From positions 27,447 through 91,446 of the forward strand of contig JAEDES010000001.1 of NCBI GenBank assembly GCA_016293205.1: DNA of 64,000 nt, given 5' to 3'. Positions 53,109 through 62,711 of the stretch are shown in pieces. The notes under the pieces are model-generated. The model did no database searches, was not told the DNA's origin, and saw only the letters and a program-made list of their open reading frames with translations. Position 1 is the first letter of the stretch; each line of letters begins with the position of its first letter. The DNA comes from Bacilli bacterium (GTDB lineage Bacteria; Bacillota_I; Bacilli_A; RF39; UBA660). The position numbers were made by a program, and so were the translations under genes.

Positions 53109-53651
53109 TTACATATAGTTATCTGCTTTTACTTCCATGAATGCTTTTGGATGAGCACATACTGGACATACTTCTAAAGCATTTTCTCCTTCATATACAT
53201 GTCCACAGTTGCGGCATACCCAAATTTTCTTTCCATCTTTTTTGAAGATTCTATCATCTTTAACATTACTTAATAATTGTAAATATCTTTGTTCATGTTC
53301 TTTTTCAATTTTTCCTACTTCTTCAAATAAGAAAGCTAAACGAGTGAATCCTTCTTCTATAGCAGTTTCTGCAAATTCTTTATACATTTCTGTATATTCA
53401 TAGTTTTCTCCATTTGCAGCATCTAATAAGTTTTCTTCTGTAGATGGGATTTGTCCACCATGTAATTCTTTGAACCATAATTTAGCATGTTCTTTTTCAT
53501 TTTCAGCTGTTTCTAAGAAGATAGCTGCTAATTGTTCATATCCATCTTTCTTAGCTTTGCTTGCGTAATATGTATATTTGTTACGAGCTTGGCTTTCTCC
53601 TGCAAAAGCAGTCATTAAGTTTTGTTCTGTTTTACTTCCTTTTAATTCCAT
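53109..53651 (-). CDS. rbr: Rubrerythrin
   Basis: Ferritin-like di-iron ExxH motifs, plus a C-terminal rubredoxin CRNCG...CPVC. Confidence 0.85.
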   Translation of the reverse strand: MELKGSKTEQNLMTAFAGESQARNKYTYYASKAKKDGYEQLAAIFLETAENEKEHAKLWFKELHGGQIPSTEENLLDAANGENYEYTEMYKEFAETAIEEGFTRLAFLFEEVGKIEKEHEQRYLQLLSNVKDDRIFKKDGKKIWVCRNCGHVYEGENALEVCPVCAHPKAFMEVKADNYM

Positions 53652-53719
53652 TAATTATACCTCTTTCCTTTAATTTATTTACAATATTATTATACCATAT
53701 TTTTGATATTTTTATCTAA

Positions 53720-54103
53720 TTATTTATTACAATTTGAACATATTCCTTCTAACAGAATTGTTGCCCTATCAATTGTAATTTTATTTTTCTTTTCAATCGA
53801 TTCAAAAATATCATTATAATCATTATCAAATATATCAATTATTTTTCCACAGTTTTTACAAAGCAAATGATCATGCCTTGAAATATCTATATCATAATGA
53901 TAACTATCTTTAGTACTATTAGGTAATTTTATAATCTTTCCTTCTTCTACTAATTTATTAACATTTCTATAGATAGTAGCTTGACCAATACTTGGATATT
54001 TTTCTTTAGCTAGTTCATATATTTCCTGTATTGTAGGATGAATTTTATTAGCTTGTAAAATATCCAGAATTATTTCTTTTTGTTTTGTATTTCTACTAGT
54101 CAT
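53720..54103 (-). CDS. perR: Fur-family metalloregulator. Likely PerR, given its position next to rubrerythrin.
   Basis: DNA-binding helix TIYRNVNKL, HHDHLLCKNCGKI and C-terminal CSNC zinc motifs. Start set at MTSRN behind an AAGGAAA ribosome-binding site. Confidence 0.7.
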   Translation of the reverse strand: MTSRNTKQKEIILDILQANKIHPTIQEIYELAKEKYPSIGQATIYRNVNKLVEEGKIIKLPNSTKDSYHYDIDISRHDHLLCKNCGKIIDIFDNDYNDIFESIEKKNKITIDRATILLEGICSNCNK

Positions 54104-54385
54104 AACAATTTCCTTATTGATAATTATTATCATTATTATATCATATCACTTGTTGTTGTCAATTATTTTTTTTATGAATAAATTATTATAGGTGATGATA
54201 TGAAGAGACATCCTTTCTTTTGTAGATGTAATTATTGTAAACAAAAAAGAAGAAGTAGTATCTACTATTTAGGATTTATTCTTATATTTTTGATTGTTAT
54301 TTTTTATCAATTAATTCTTCTTGTATTTATTACGACAAGACTTAATGCAATTATTTTATTATTAGAATTTTTATTTATATGGGGA

Positions 54386-55207
54386 TTAATCTTCTTTATT
54401 GTATTTTGATATAAACTCTATTGTCTTATTAACATAATCTATTAGGTATTTTGCATTTATTGTATTTTCTAATTCTAGTTTGTTAAATGTTAATTTATCT
54501 ATTAATGTTAACTTTGATAATAAAAGAAGTATTTCTGATTTATTTAATTGATATTTAGAATTATATAGTTCAAATAAAGGGGAAAACTCTAATGACTTAT
54601 ATTCATTTTGATATAGATTTATAAAGTCATAGATGACTAAATCTTTTTTATAATTATCCCATGATGTTAGATAGTAATTATTATCTTCTTGTTTTAAGAT
54701 TTTAGTACTTAAATTTTGATGAAGAAGAGCTTTTCGACAAGTTTTTTCTTCTTTTATTATGTTATACCATCTATCTATTAGATTTTCTCCTATATTTAAT
54801 AATTTATAAATATTAGATATATTTCTCATTAATAAATATTCTGATGGTGAGAAATATAAATTCATCTCTATTTTATCTTGTAGAGAATAATAGTAATCTT
54901 TTAATCTATATATTTGATCTTTAGTATCTTCATATATTTCTTTTATTTCATCTTGAATAATTGTTTCATAGGTTGTTGTTTTAGTATGAAGAGTTGTTAA
55001 TAGATAAATTAAGTCAATAGCTTTATCTTCTTTTGAAATATTGTCATCTATATATCTATATGTTTCAGTTTTAGAAGTTTCTTCTATTGGTTTTAAATAA
55101 TTATTAAAATTTCTACTAGATAGATAATTATATAATTCTTGTTTTTGTCTTACTTTTATTTTCTTTTGATACTTAGAATTATTATTAATTATTATTCTAT
55201 TTGTCAT
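54386..55207 (-). CDS. Hypothetical protein. By position downstream of spoVID it is possibly a YsxE/CotS-like coat protein.
   Basis: 273-aa N/Y/K-rich protein immediately downstream of the SpoVID homologue, which is the ysxE position in Bacillus subtilis. Sequence support is weak. Confidence 0.3.
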   Translation of the reverse strand: MTNRIIINNNSKYQKKIKVRQKQELYNYLSSRNFNNYLKPIEETSKTETYRYIDDNISKEDKAIDLIYLLTTLHTKTTTYETIIQDEIKEIYEDTKDQIYRLKDYYYSLQDKIEMNLYFSPSEYLLMRNISNIYKLLNIGENLIDRWYNIIKEEKTCRKALLHQNLSTKILKQEDNNYYLTSWDNYKKDLVIYDFINLYQNEYKSLEFSPLFELYNSKYQLNKSEILLLLSKLTLIDKLTFNKLELENTINAKYLIDYVNKTIEFISKYNKED

Positions 55208-55886
55208 TTACTGGTATTATTACTTTGCTACCTTCTACTATATTAGATAAGTCATTATACTCTTCTAATGCTTCTTTTGTAATTTTATATTTTTCTAAGA
55301 CAGTTTGAATAGTTTCATCTTGACGAATAATATAAATACTATAAGTTGTGAATGTATCTTCATCATCTTTTAAGTTTGAAAATAAAGATTGTTGTTCTTC
55401 GACTAGTTCTTCTATTTCTTCTTCTAGTTCTTCCTCTAGTTCTTCTTTTAATTCTTCTTCTCTATGAGGAATTTCTATTTCTTTATTTTGATCTCCATCA
55501 CATTCTCTTATTTCTTCTACAGGTCTTTCTACTTCTTCTAAAGGTGGTTCTTCTATAAATACTTCTTCTAATCCTTCTACTAAAACATCAATATGACATA
55601 CTAAATTTTCATCATCTTCAATTTCATAAAAGAAGTCGTCTACTGTTATTTTTCCTGTTGAGACATCTATATTTTCTGTTAACATTATTTCTGTTGGAAT
55701 TTTAAAATTAAAATTATCTTCTATGCACGATGCTTCTGTTAGTTTGTATGAACCTGTAATTAAAAAGGCACCTTCTATAAGTGTTGGTGATTTGAATTCA
55801 AGAGTATGATCTAGTGAAATTGATGTAATCTCACCTACCATAGATGGGAATTCTAATTTCTTTTCAAATGATATTATTTTTTTCAT
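55197..55886 (-). CDS. spoVID: SpoVID-like spore coat morphogenetic protein: N-terminal SpoVID domain, acidic linker and C-terminal LysM
   Basis: N-terminal EITSISLDHTL...LITGSYKLTEA resembles Bacillus subtilis SpoVID (LLSISLDPDI...IIGSLELTGEY). A poly-EELEE linker follows. The C-terminal YSIYIIRQDETIQTVLEKYKI...GSKVIIP is a LysM motif. Confidence 0.55.
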   Translation of the reverse strand: MKKIISFEKKLEFPSMVGEITSISLDHTLEFKSPTLIEGAFLITGSYKLTEASCIEDNFNFKIPTEIMLTENIDVSTGKITVDDFFYEIEDDENLVCHIDVLVEGLEEVFIEEPPLEEVERPVEEIRECDGDQNKEIEIPHREEELKEELEEELEEEIEELVEEQQSLFSNLKDDEDTFTTYSIYIIRQDETIQTVLEKYKITKEALEEYNDLSNIVEGSKVIIPVNDK

Positions 55887-55925
55887 AAATATCCTCCTAG
55901 ATAATTGTATGAAAAAAAAGAATCA

Positions 55926-56582
55926 TTATGATTGATTCTTTTGTTCTTTTATTAAATCTAAAGTGAACTTGGCACCTTTTCTTAATTTTATTTTTTTTAA
56001 GTCTAGACCTTTTGTTTTTTCTATTTGTTGACATCTTTCTTTAGCAGTTTGATACATTTCTGGAGTCATTATTCCTAGGTCAACTGCGATAAAGAATGTT
56101 ACTGCTCCTAGAAACGAAACATCATCCACTAATGAAGTGTCATCAGTTTTTAGTCCTACATAAGTATCATAATCTTTTGAGATAGTTGCGATGAAATCCT
56201 CTAAAGAATCAAATTCTAATAATCTAATATCTTCATGCATACAAATGTATTCATCAATTAAATCATTTTCTCTTTCTGGTGTCATGGAATTTAATCCATT
56301 TAACATACCAATTATTTCATTAGACTTTTGATTTAAAGATGGATCTTTATGAATAAATCTAAAATGATTAATTATGTCATATACTCTATCTTTTATAGCA
56401 TCATCTAATAAGTAGATTACACATTCATTATCTAATACTCTTAGTGTTTGCTCTAGAAACATAGAATATTCTTCTTTTGTTGAATATCTTTCTCTTAGTT
56501 CATTTTTATTTAGAGTCATAATATTCTTTTTATATTCTAATAGTTGTATAAATTCTTCTTTACTATAATCCAAGTACTCCAC
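55926..56582 (-). CDS. Hypothetical 218-aa protein
   Basis: ORF lying between lon and spoVID. No family recognised. Confidence 0.3.
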   Translation of the reverse strand: MEYLDYSKEEFIQLLEYKKNIMTLNKNELRERYSTKEEYSMFLEQTLRVLDNECVIYLLDDAIKDRVYDIINHFRFIHKDPSLNQKSNEIIGMLNGLNSMTPERENDLIDEYICMHEDIRLLEFDSLEDFIATISKDYDTYVGLKTDDTSLVDDVSFLGAVTFFIAVDLGIMTPEMYQTAKERCQQIEKTKGLDLKKIKLRKGAKFTLDLIKEQKNQS

Positions 56583-58881
56583 CTACTTTAAATATCTTTT
56601 TGTATAATTCACTATAATTTTTTACATAGATGAATTTTGTATCTCGTTTAATTTCGTCTGGTATTTCAGCAACATCTTTTTCATTTTCTACTGGTAAGAA
56701 TACTTTTCTTATTCCGGCACGATGAGCACCTATTACTTTTTCTTTTAATCCACCAATTGGAAGAATTCTTCCTCTTAATGTTATCTCACCTGTCATAGCG
56801 ATTTTTTTATCTACAGCTTTATTTGTTAATAAACTTATTAAAGCTGTTGTAATTGTTATTCCTGCAGATGGTCCATCTTTATTTACAGCACCTTCTGGTA
56901 CATGAATATGAATATCATTATCTGTAAATAATTTTTCATCAATATTAAATTTTTTCATATTAGCTTTGATATAACTTAAAGCAATATGACAAGATTCTTG
57001 CATTACATCTCCAAGGGAACCTGTTAAAATTAATTCACCTTTTCCTTTGAATAGTGTTGCCTCAATTGGAAGTACATCTCCACCAAATACAGTGTAGGCC
57101 ATTCCATTTACTACTCCAACTTCTTCTTTCGTATTATTTTTTATAGATGGATATTTTTCTTTGCCAAGTAGTTCTTTTACTTTTTGTTCATCTACGTGAT
57201 AGAAAGATAAATCTTGTTCTAATAAAATCTTTTTTACTATTTTTCTAAAGATAGTTGCGATTGAACGTTCTAATTCTCTGACTCCTGCTTCTTTAGTATA
57301 GTTATTAATGATTAGTTTTAATGCCTCATCTGAGATATCTACTTGTAATGGTGTTAATCCATGTTCTTCTAGTTCTTTTGGAATTAGGTGATTTTTAGCG
57401 ATATCTAATTTTTCATATTCTGTATAGCTAGATAAGTTAATTATTTCTAATCTATCTCTTAATTCATATGGAATTTGTTCTATATAGTTTGCTGTTGCAA
57501 TGAATAGAACTTTTGATAAATCGAAGTCTTCTTCAATGTAGTGATCTGAGAACTTGTTATTTTGCTCTGGATCTAACACCTCTAAAAGACTACTTGCAGG
57601 ATCTCCTTTTATATCTTTTGTCATTTTATCTATTTCATCAATTATAAAGACTGGATTTGTTGTTCCTGCTTTTCTTATACCTTGAATAATTCTACCTGGA
57701 TTTGCTCCTATATATGTTCTTCTATGTCCAATAATTTCTGCTTCATCATTAATTCCACCAACACTAATCTTGGCAGTTTTTCTATTTAAACTTTTGGCAA
57801 TACTTATTGCTAAAGAAGTTTTTCCTACTCCAGGAGGTCCAACTAGACATAGAATTGGACTACGTAGATTATTAGTATTTTGTTTTACTGCTAAGTATTC
57901 TAATATACGCTCTTTTACTTCATCTAAGGCATAGTGCGATGAATCTAAAATACTTTTTACTTTCTTTAAATCAGCTGTATCTTTTGTGTAGTTATTCCAT
58001 GGAAGATTTAACATCCAATCTAAGTATTCTCTAATCATACCAAGTTCTGGTGAATTAGAGTTTGTTGCTTCATAACGAGATAATTCTCTTTTTATCTTTT
58101 CTGTTACTTTAGGTGGACATTTTAATTTAGATAATTTCTTATTAAAATTAATTACTTCATCGTCTTTTGAATTAGCTTCTCCTAATTCTTTTTGCATTGC
58201 TTTTATTTTTTCTCTTAAGAAGTATTCTTTTTGAGTTTGATTTAATTCTTTTTCTACTTCTCTTTCAATTTTTTGCTCTAATTCAATAAACTTTAAATCT
58301 TGATTCATTTCTTCAATTAGATGTTTGCATCTTTCAATAGGATCAACTGTTGTTATATATTTTTTCTTTCTGTTGTAATCAATATTTAAGAATGATGCTA
58401 CTAAGTCACATAAATCATTTAAATTATCAACTTTACTTAATTGTGTAATAATAGCATTTCCCATATATGGTACTTTATCTATATATTGTTCTAGTGATTT
58501 TATTAAGATGTTATAGTAATCGTCTTCTTCATCTTTTTTTGCATGATGTATTTCATTATAATTGGCATAGAAGAAATGATCATCACTATTGTAGTTTGTT
58601 ATTTCTACTCTTTCTAATCCTTCTATGACAATTCTTGTTTTTCCGTTTGGAACATTCATTTTTAATTTTAAACGACCTAAAACTCCGTAGTTTGGTAATG
58701 AAGTTACATCTAGTTTGGCATTATCATCTATTGGATTTACAATTAACATTAAATCTTTATCTAATTTTTCAATAATACTAATCATTTGTTTATCAAAAGT
58801 ATTATCATATTCAACACGTACTTCGTTATTGGGGAAGATTACCATATCATTTATTATTAATACTAACAATTTTTCTTGCAT
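56563..58881 (-). CDS. lon: ATP-dependent Lon protease (LonA type)
   Basis: Lon N-domain, AAA+ Walker A GPPGVGKTS, and protease domain DGPSAG with a Ser-Lys dyad. Start set at MQEKLLVL behind a GGAGGTG ribosome-binding site. Confidence 0.9.
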   Translation of the reverse strand: MQEKLLVLIINDMVIFPNNEVRVEYDNTFDKQMISIIEKLDKDLMLIVNPIDDNAKLDVTSLPNYGVLGRLKLKMNVPNGKTRIVIEGLERVEITNYNSDDHFFYANYNEIHHAKKDEEDDYYNILIKSLEQYIDKVPYMGNAIITQLSKVDNLNDLCDLVASFLNIDYNRKKKYITTVDPIERCKHLIEEMNQDLKFIELEQKIEREVEKELNQTQKEYFLREKIKAMQKELGEANSKDDEVINFNKKLSKLKCPPKVTEKIKRELSRYEATNSNSPELGMIREYLDWMLNLPWNNYTKDTADLKKVKSILDSSHYALDEVKERILEYLAVKQNTNNLRSPILCLVGPPGVGKTSLAISIAKSLNRKTAKISVGGINDEAEIIGHRRTYIGANPGRIIQGIRKAGTTNPVFIIDEIDKMTKDIKGDPASSLLEVLDPEQNNKFSDHYIEEDFDLSKVLFIATANYIEQIPYELRDRLEIINLSSYTEYEKLDIAKNHLIPKELEEHGLTPLQVDISDEALKLIINNYTKEAGVRELERSIATIFRKIVKKILLEQDLSFYHVDEQKVKELLGKEKYPSIKNNTKEEVGVVNGMAYTVFGGDVLPIEATLFKGKGELILTGSLGDVMQESCHIALSYIKANMKKFNIDEKLFTDNDIHIHVPEGAVNKDGPSAGITITTALISLLTNKAVDKKIAMTGEITLRGRILPIGGLKEKVIGAHRAGIRKVFLPVENEKDVAEIPDEIKRDTKFIYVKNYSELYKKIFKVGGVLGL

Positions 58882-58974
58882 AGGGTTTTCCACCTCCAAT
58901 TTTTTTATATCTTACTATTATAAATCAAATATAATTTTTTTCAAGAAAATTGGGGCAATTTGTTAATTTTTTAA

Positions 58975-59006
58975 AACAAAAAAAGAACTCAATTGAGTTC
59001 TTTAAA
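58975..59006 (-). terminator. Terminator of tig
   Basis: AGAACTC-AATT-GAGTTCT hairpin at 58984-59001, flanked by an A run and a T run, so it is bidirectional in form. Confidence 0.55.
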
Positions 59007-59007
59007 A

Positions 59008-60312
59008 TTATTTATTTAATTCTTTTAATAATTCAATAGTCTTACGAACTTCTAAATCATATTGAACCATGTCAATTCCACCAAATTGTTTTAAGAATTC
59101 ATCTTTATTCATTTGGTATTTCTTGGCTAGTTCTTCAGCTTCTTTTTCAGCTTCTTCTTTAGTTACTTCGATTTTTTCTTCTGTCATGATTTGTTCTAGC
59201 ATTAATCTATATAACACATTGTTGTAAGCTTCTTTTTCCATTTGAGATCTTAATGCTTCTTCATTAGATTGTGTAAATTGATAATATAAATCTAATGAGA
59301 TTCCTTGCATTTTCATTTGTTCTTCAAATCTTCCAATTAAACGATCAGTTTCTTCATCAACCATAGCTTGTGGAACATCTACTTCTACGTTTTTAGCTAC
59401 TGCTTCTAATAAATCATCAACGTATTTATTTTCAACTTCCATATCTTTTTGTGCTTTGATTGATTCTTTGATTTGTTCTTTTAAAGCTTCTTCAGAATTG
59501 ATTCCTTCCATTCCTAAATCTTCAAAAAATTCTTCATCTAATTCTCTAGCAACTTTTTGTTTAATTTCATTAACTTTAACTTTGAATACTACTGCTTGTC
59601 CTGCTAGGTCGGCTGCACCATATTCTTCTGGGAATGTTACATTTAAGTCTTTTTCTTCTCCTGTTGACATTCCAATTACTTGGTCTTCAAATCCTGGAAT
59701 AAATGTATTTGATCCGATTTCTAAAGAATAATTTTCTCCTTTTCCACCATCAAATGCAACACCATCTTTGAATCCTTCAAAATCGATAACAGCGATATCA
59801 CCGTTTTCAACTTTTCCTTCTTCTTTAACTACTAATTCTGTATATCTTTCTAGTAAGTGTCCTAATTCGTGATTTACTTCTTCATCAGTTACTTCTACTT
59901 TACCAGGTTTAACATTTAATCCTTTATATTTTTTAACTACTACTTCTGGTTTAGTTGTAATTGTAAATACAAATTCTACTCCATTTTCATCGATTGATTT
60001 AATATCAACTTCTGGTTGTACAACTGGAATTAATTTAGAATCAGTCATAGCTTTGATATAAGCTACTTGTACTGACATATCAGCAGCATCTAAGAATAAT
60101 GCTTCTTTTCCAAATTTCTTTTCGAAGATATCTCTAGGTACTTTACCAGTACGGAATCCATCAACTTTAACTGTTTTTTGTTTTTTAGCAAAAGCTTGGT
60201 CTAATGCTTTAGTCCAATCTGCTCCTTCAACTTTAACATTTACTTTATGAATGTTTGCTGGTTCTTTTCTAGTTTCTTCAACTTTTTCTACTTTTGTTTC
60301 TTTTTTTGCCAT
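59008..60312 (-). CDS. tig: Trigger factor
   Basis: Ribosome-binding signature GFRTGKVPR, an FKBP-like PPIase middle domain and a C-terminal chaperone arm. Confidence 0.85.
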   Translation of the reverse strand: MAKKETKVEKVEETRKEPANIHKVNVKVEGADWTKALDQAFAKKQKTVKVDGFRTGKVPRDIFEKKFGKEALFLDAADMSVQVAYIKAMTDSKLIPVVQPEVDIKSIDENGVEFVFTITTKPEVVVKKYKGLNVKPGKVEVTDEEVNHELGHLLERYTELVVKEEGKVENGDIAVIDFEGFKDGVAFDGGKGENYSLEIGSNTFIPGFEDQVIGMSTGEEKDLNVTFPEEYGAADLAGQAVVFKVKVNEIKQKVARELDEEFFEDLGMEGINSEEALKEQIKESIKAQKDMEVENKYVDDLLEAVAKNVEVDVPQAMVDEETDRLIGRFEEQMKMQGISLDLYYQFTQSNEEALRSQMEKEAYNNVLYRLMLEQIMTEEKIEVTKEEAEKEAEELAKKYQMNKDEFLKQFGGIDMVQYDLEVRKTIELLKELNK

Positions 60313-60374
60313 ATATATTCCTCCAACGACTAATATTATACATTATAATCATTTCTAAAACAACCTTTTTAAGA

Positions 60375-60406
60375 TTAAAAAAAGTCCAATTACTTGGACT
60401 TTTTGT
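60375..60406 (-). terminator. Terminator of the 165-aa gene, upstream of the tig promoter
   Basis: AAGTCCAA-TTAC-TTGGACTT hairpin at 60382-60401 with flanking A and T runs. A candidate tig promoter (TTGTTT, 17 nt, TATAAT) lies just downstream on the minus strand. Confidence 0.5.
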
Positions 60407-60903
60407 TATTTAACATATTCTTTTCCATTTTGTTTTTGTGTTAATGGTAAAATTGGATCTCCATCTACAGCACGTCTTGCTACAGAATATAAAACATTTC
60501 TTCTTTTGGGAATATTATGTTGTTCAAATTCATTCATAATATGTTGCCACATTTCATCTGTAACCTTTTTTTCCTCTCCATCAACGATATATGAAAGAGA
60601 TTCACCTTTAAAGTTATCCATTGTCATTTCCATATCTAGACTTTGATTTGTACCTAAGAATTTACAAATAATTCTTCTTTCGTTTGGATCCATTTTTTGT
60701 TTGAACTTTCTTATGTAAGAAAGTAGTTGACCTGGTGTAAGGTCTGTTAAACAGAAGTAATCAGCTACAGTAAACTTTAGCGTCTTATCTTCTGATAATG
60801 GAATATTTGTATATAAATGTTCCATTACATCAGCTATTGCTTTTTCATATTTATTACTTAACATGTCTACGTGACATTTTTCAACTGTTAAATATGAAAT
60901 CAT
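60406..60903 (-). CDS. Hypothetical 165-aa protein
   Basis: ORF between aspS and tig. No family recognised. Confidence 0.3.
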   Translation of the reverse strand: MISYLTVEKCHVDMLSNKYEKAIADVMEHLYTNIPLSEDKTLKFTVADYFCLTDLTPGQLLSYIRKFKQKMDPNERRIICKFLGTNQSLDMEMTMDNFKGESLSYIVDGEEKKVTDEMWQHIMNEFEQHNIPKRRNVLYSVARRAVDGDPILPLTQKQNGKEYVK

Positions 60904-60968
60904 ATTTTCATCCCCCTATTTAGCCAAATGTGTCCATATTATACCACATTTTGGCTAAATAGTCAATT

Positions 60969-62711
60969 TTAACGGACTTTGATATGCACCTCTCTTAGTT
61001 GTTGCTCAGTTACTTCTGTAGGAGCATCCATTAATAAATCAGCACCTGATGCAGTCATTGGGAATGCTATTGTTTCGCGAATAGTTTCTTCATCTAAAAG
61101 TAGCATTAACATTCTATCAATACCAGGAGCCATTCCAGCGTGAGGTGGTGCTCCATATTTAAATGCTTCATAAAGAGCTTTGAATCTCTTTTCAATTTCT
61201 TCTACTCCGTATCCAGCAATTTCAAAGGCTTTTTTCATAATATCTAAATCGTGGTTTCTTACAGCTCCACTTGCCATTTCAATTCCATTACATACGAAGT
61301 CAAATTGGTATGCAAGAATATCTTCTGGTTTCTTTGTAGTTAAAGCTTCTAATCCACCTTGAGGCATACTGAATGGGTTGTGTGTAAAGATATATTGATC
61401 TTCTTCTTCAGACCATTCATACATTGGGAAGTCTTTTACGATACAGAATTTAAATTCATCTTTATCAATTAAATCTAATTTTCTTCCTAATTCATCTCTA
61501 ATTAAACTTGCATATTTATAAGCATGTTTTCTATCTGCGATAAAGAAGATTACACTTTCTGGTTTTAATTTAGCAACATCAATTAAGTCTTCTCTTTCTT
61601 CTTCTGATAAGAACTTATCAATTGGTCCTGCGAAAGACATATCTTCTAATACTTTGAAATATCCAATACCTGGCATACCAATACTTTCTGCATATTCAAC
61701 TAGTTCATTGAACCAAGAGTTTGATTTAGATGCAATATCTTCTACAACAATACCTTTGACTGTTACCCCTCTAAATGGACGGAATGTTGTTTCTTCAAAT
61801 ACATCTGTTAAATCAATTAATTCAAGAGGGTTTCTTAAATCTGGTTTATCTGTACCGAATCTTTCCATTGATTCTTTATAACTTAATCTTATGAATGGCT
61901 TTTCACTTATTTTTTTAGTTGGAGCGAATTCTTTAAATGTTTCATAGAATATTTTTTCTCCTACTTCTAAAACATCTTCTTCTGTTGCGAAAGCCATTTC
62001 TAAATCTAATTGGTAGAATTCTCCATAAACTCTATCACTTCTTGCATCTTCATCTCTAAAACATGGAGCAATTTGGAAATATTTATCTATTCCACCGCAC
62101 ATAAGTAATTGTTTAAATTGTTGAGGTGCTTGTGGAAGTGCATAGAACTTACCATGAAATTTACGAGATGGAACAATGAAGTCTCTTGCACCTTCTGGTG
62201 AAGATGCTGTTAAGATTGGAGTTTGAACTTCTAGGAATTCATCTTCTTTCATTATTTTTCTTAAAAAATCAATTACTTTAGTTCTAAAGATAATGTTTTC
62301 TCTTACTTTAGGGTTTCTCATATCTAAATATCTATATTTTAGTCTTACATCTTCAGCTACTTCTTTAGAAGTCATTACTTCAAATGGTAGGATGTTTTGA
62401 GCTTTACCTAAAACTTTTAAATCATCTACTAATAATTCAATTGTTCCTGTTTCAATTCTAGGGTTGTAATCATCTTCTTCTCTTTTACGAATTGTACCTT
62501 CAATAGTAATACTTGATTCTCTTGTTATACCATCAAAGATATGGTCATCGTTGGATACTACTTGGATTACTCCAGTCATATCTCTAATGTCTACGAAGAT
62601 TACCCCACCGTGGTCTCGAATATTTTCTACGAAACCTGCTATTTTTACTTTTAATCCAATTTCTTTTTCAGTTAATTTTCCACAATAGTGGTCTCTATAT
62701 TTACTTGTCAT
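60969..62711 (-). CDS. aspS: Aspartyl-tRNA synthetase, bacterial type
   Basis: N-terminal OB anticodon-binding domain and class II motifs (FRDEDARSDR...; GGIDRMLML motif 3). 580 aa. Its start overlaps the gatB stop by 11 nt. Confidence 0.9.
   Translation of the reverse strand: MTSKYRDHYCGKLTEKEIGLKVKIAGFVENIRDHGGVIFVDIRDMTGVIQVVSNDDHIFDGITRESSITIEGTIRKREEDDYNPRIETGTIELLVDDLKVLGKAQNILPFEVMTSKEVAEDVRLKYRYLDMRNPKVRENIIFRTKVIDFLRKIMKEDEFLEVQTPILTASSPEGARDFIVPSRKFHGKFYALPQAPQQFKQLLMCGGIDKYFQIAPCFRDEDARSDRVYGEFYQLDLEMAFATEEDVLEVGEKIFYETFKEFAPTKKISEKPFIRLSYKESMERFGTDKPDLRNPLELIDLTDVFEETTFRPFRGVTVKGIVVEDIASKSNSWFNELVEYAESIGMPGIGYFKVLEDMSFAGPIDKFLSEEEREDLIDVAKLKPESVIFFIADRKHAYKYASLIRDELGRKLDLIDKDEFKFCIVKDFPMYEWSEEEDQYIFTHNPFSMPQGGLEALTTKKPEDILAYQFDFVCNGIEMASGAVRNHDLDIMKKAFEIAGYGVEEIEKRFKALYEAFKYGAPPHAGMAPGIDRMLMLLLDEETIRETIAFPMTASGADLLMDAPTEVTEQQLREVHIKVR

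Noticed and set aside
53652-53719. Candidate PerR box (TTACAATATTATTATA) between perR and rbr.
   Set aside because: It is a palindrome-like AT-rich sequence overlapping the putative -10, but it matches the 7-1-7 Per box consensus (TTATAATNATTATAA) only with altered spacing and mismatches. In a genome at about 27% GC this is not distinguishable from chance.
54200-54409. 69-aa plus-strand ORF encoding a hydrophobic peptide.
   Set aside because: It may be a real small membrane protein. However, it overlaps the 3' end of the convergent 54386..55207 gene and has no clear ribosome-binding site. Too uncertain to call.
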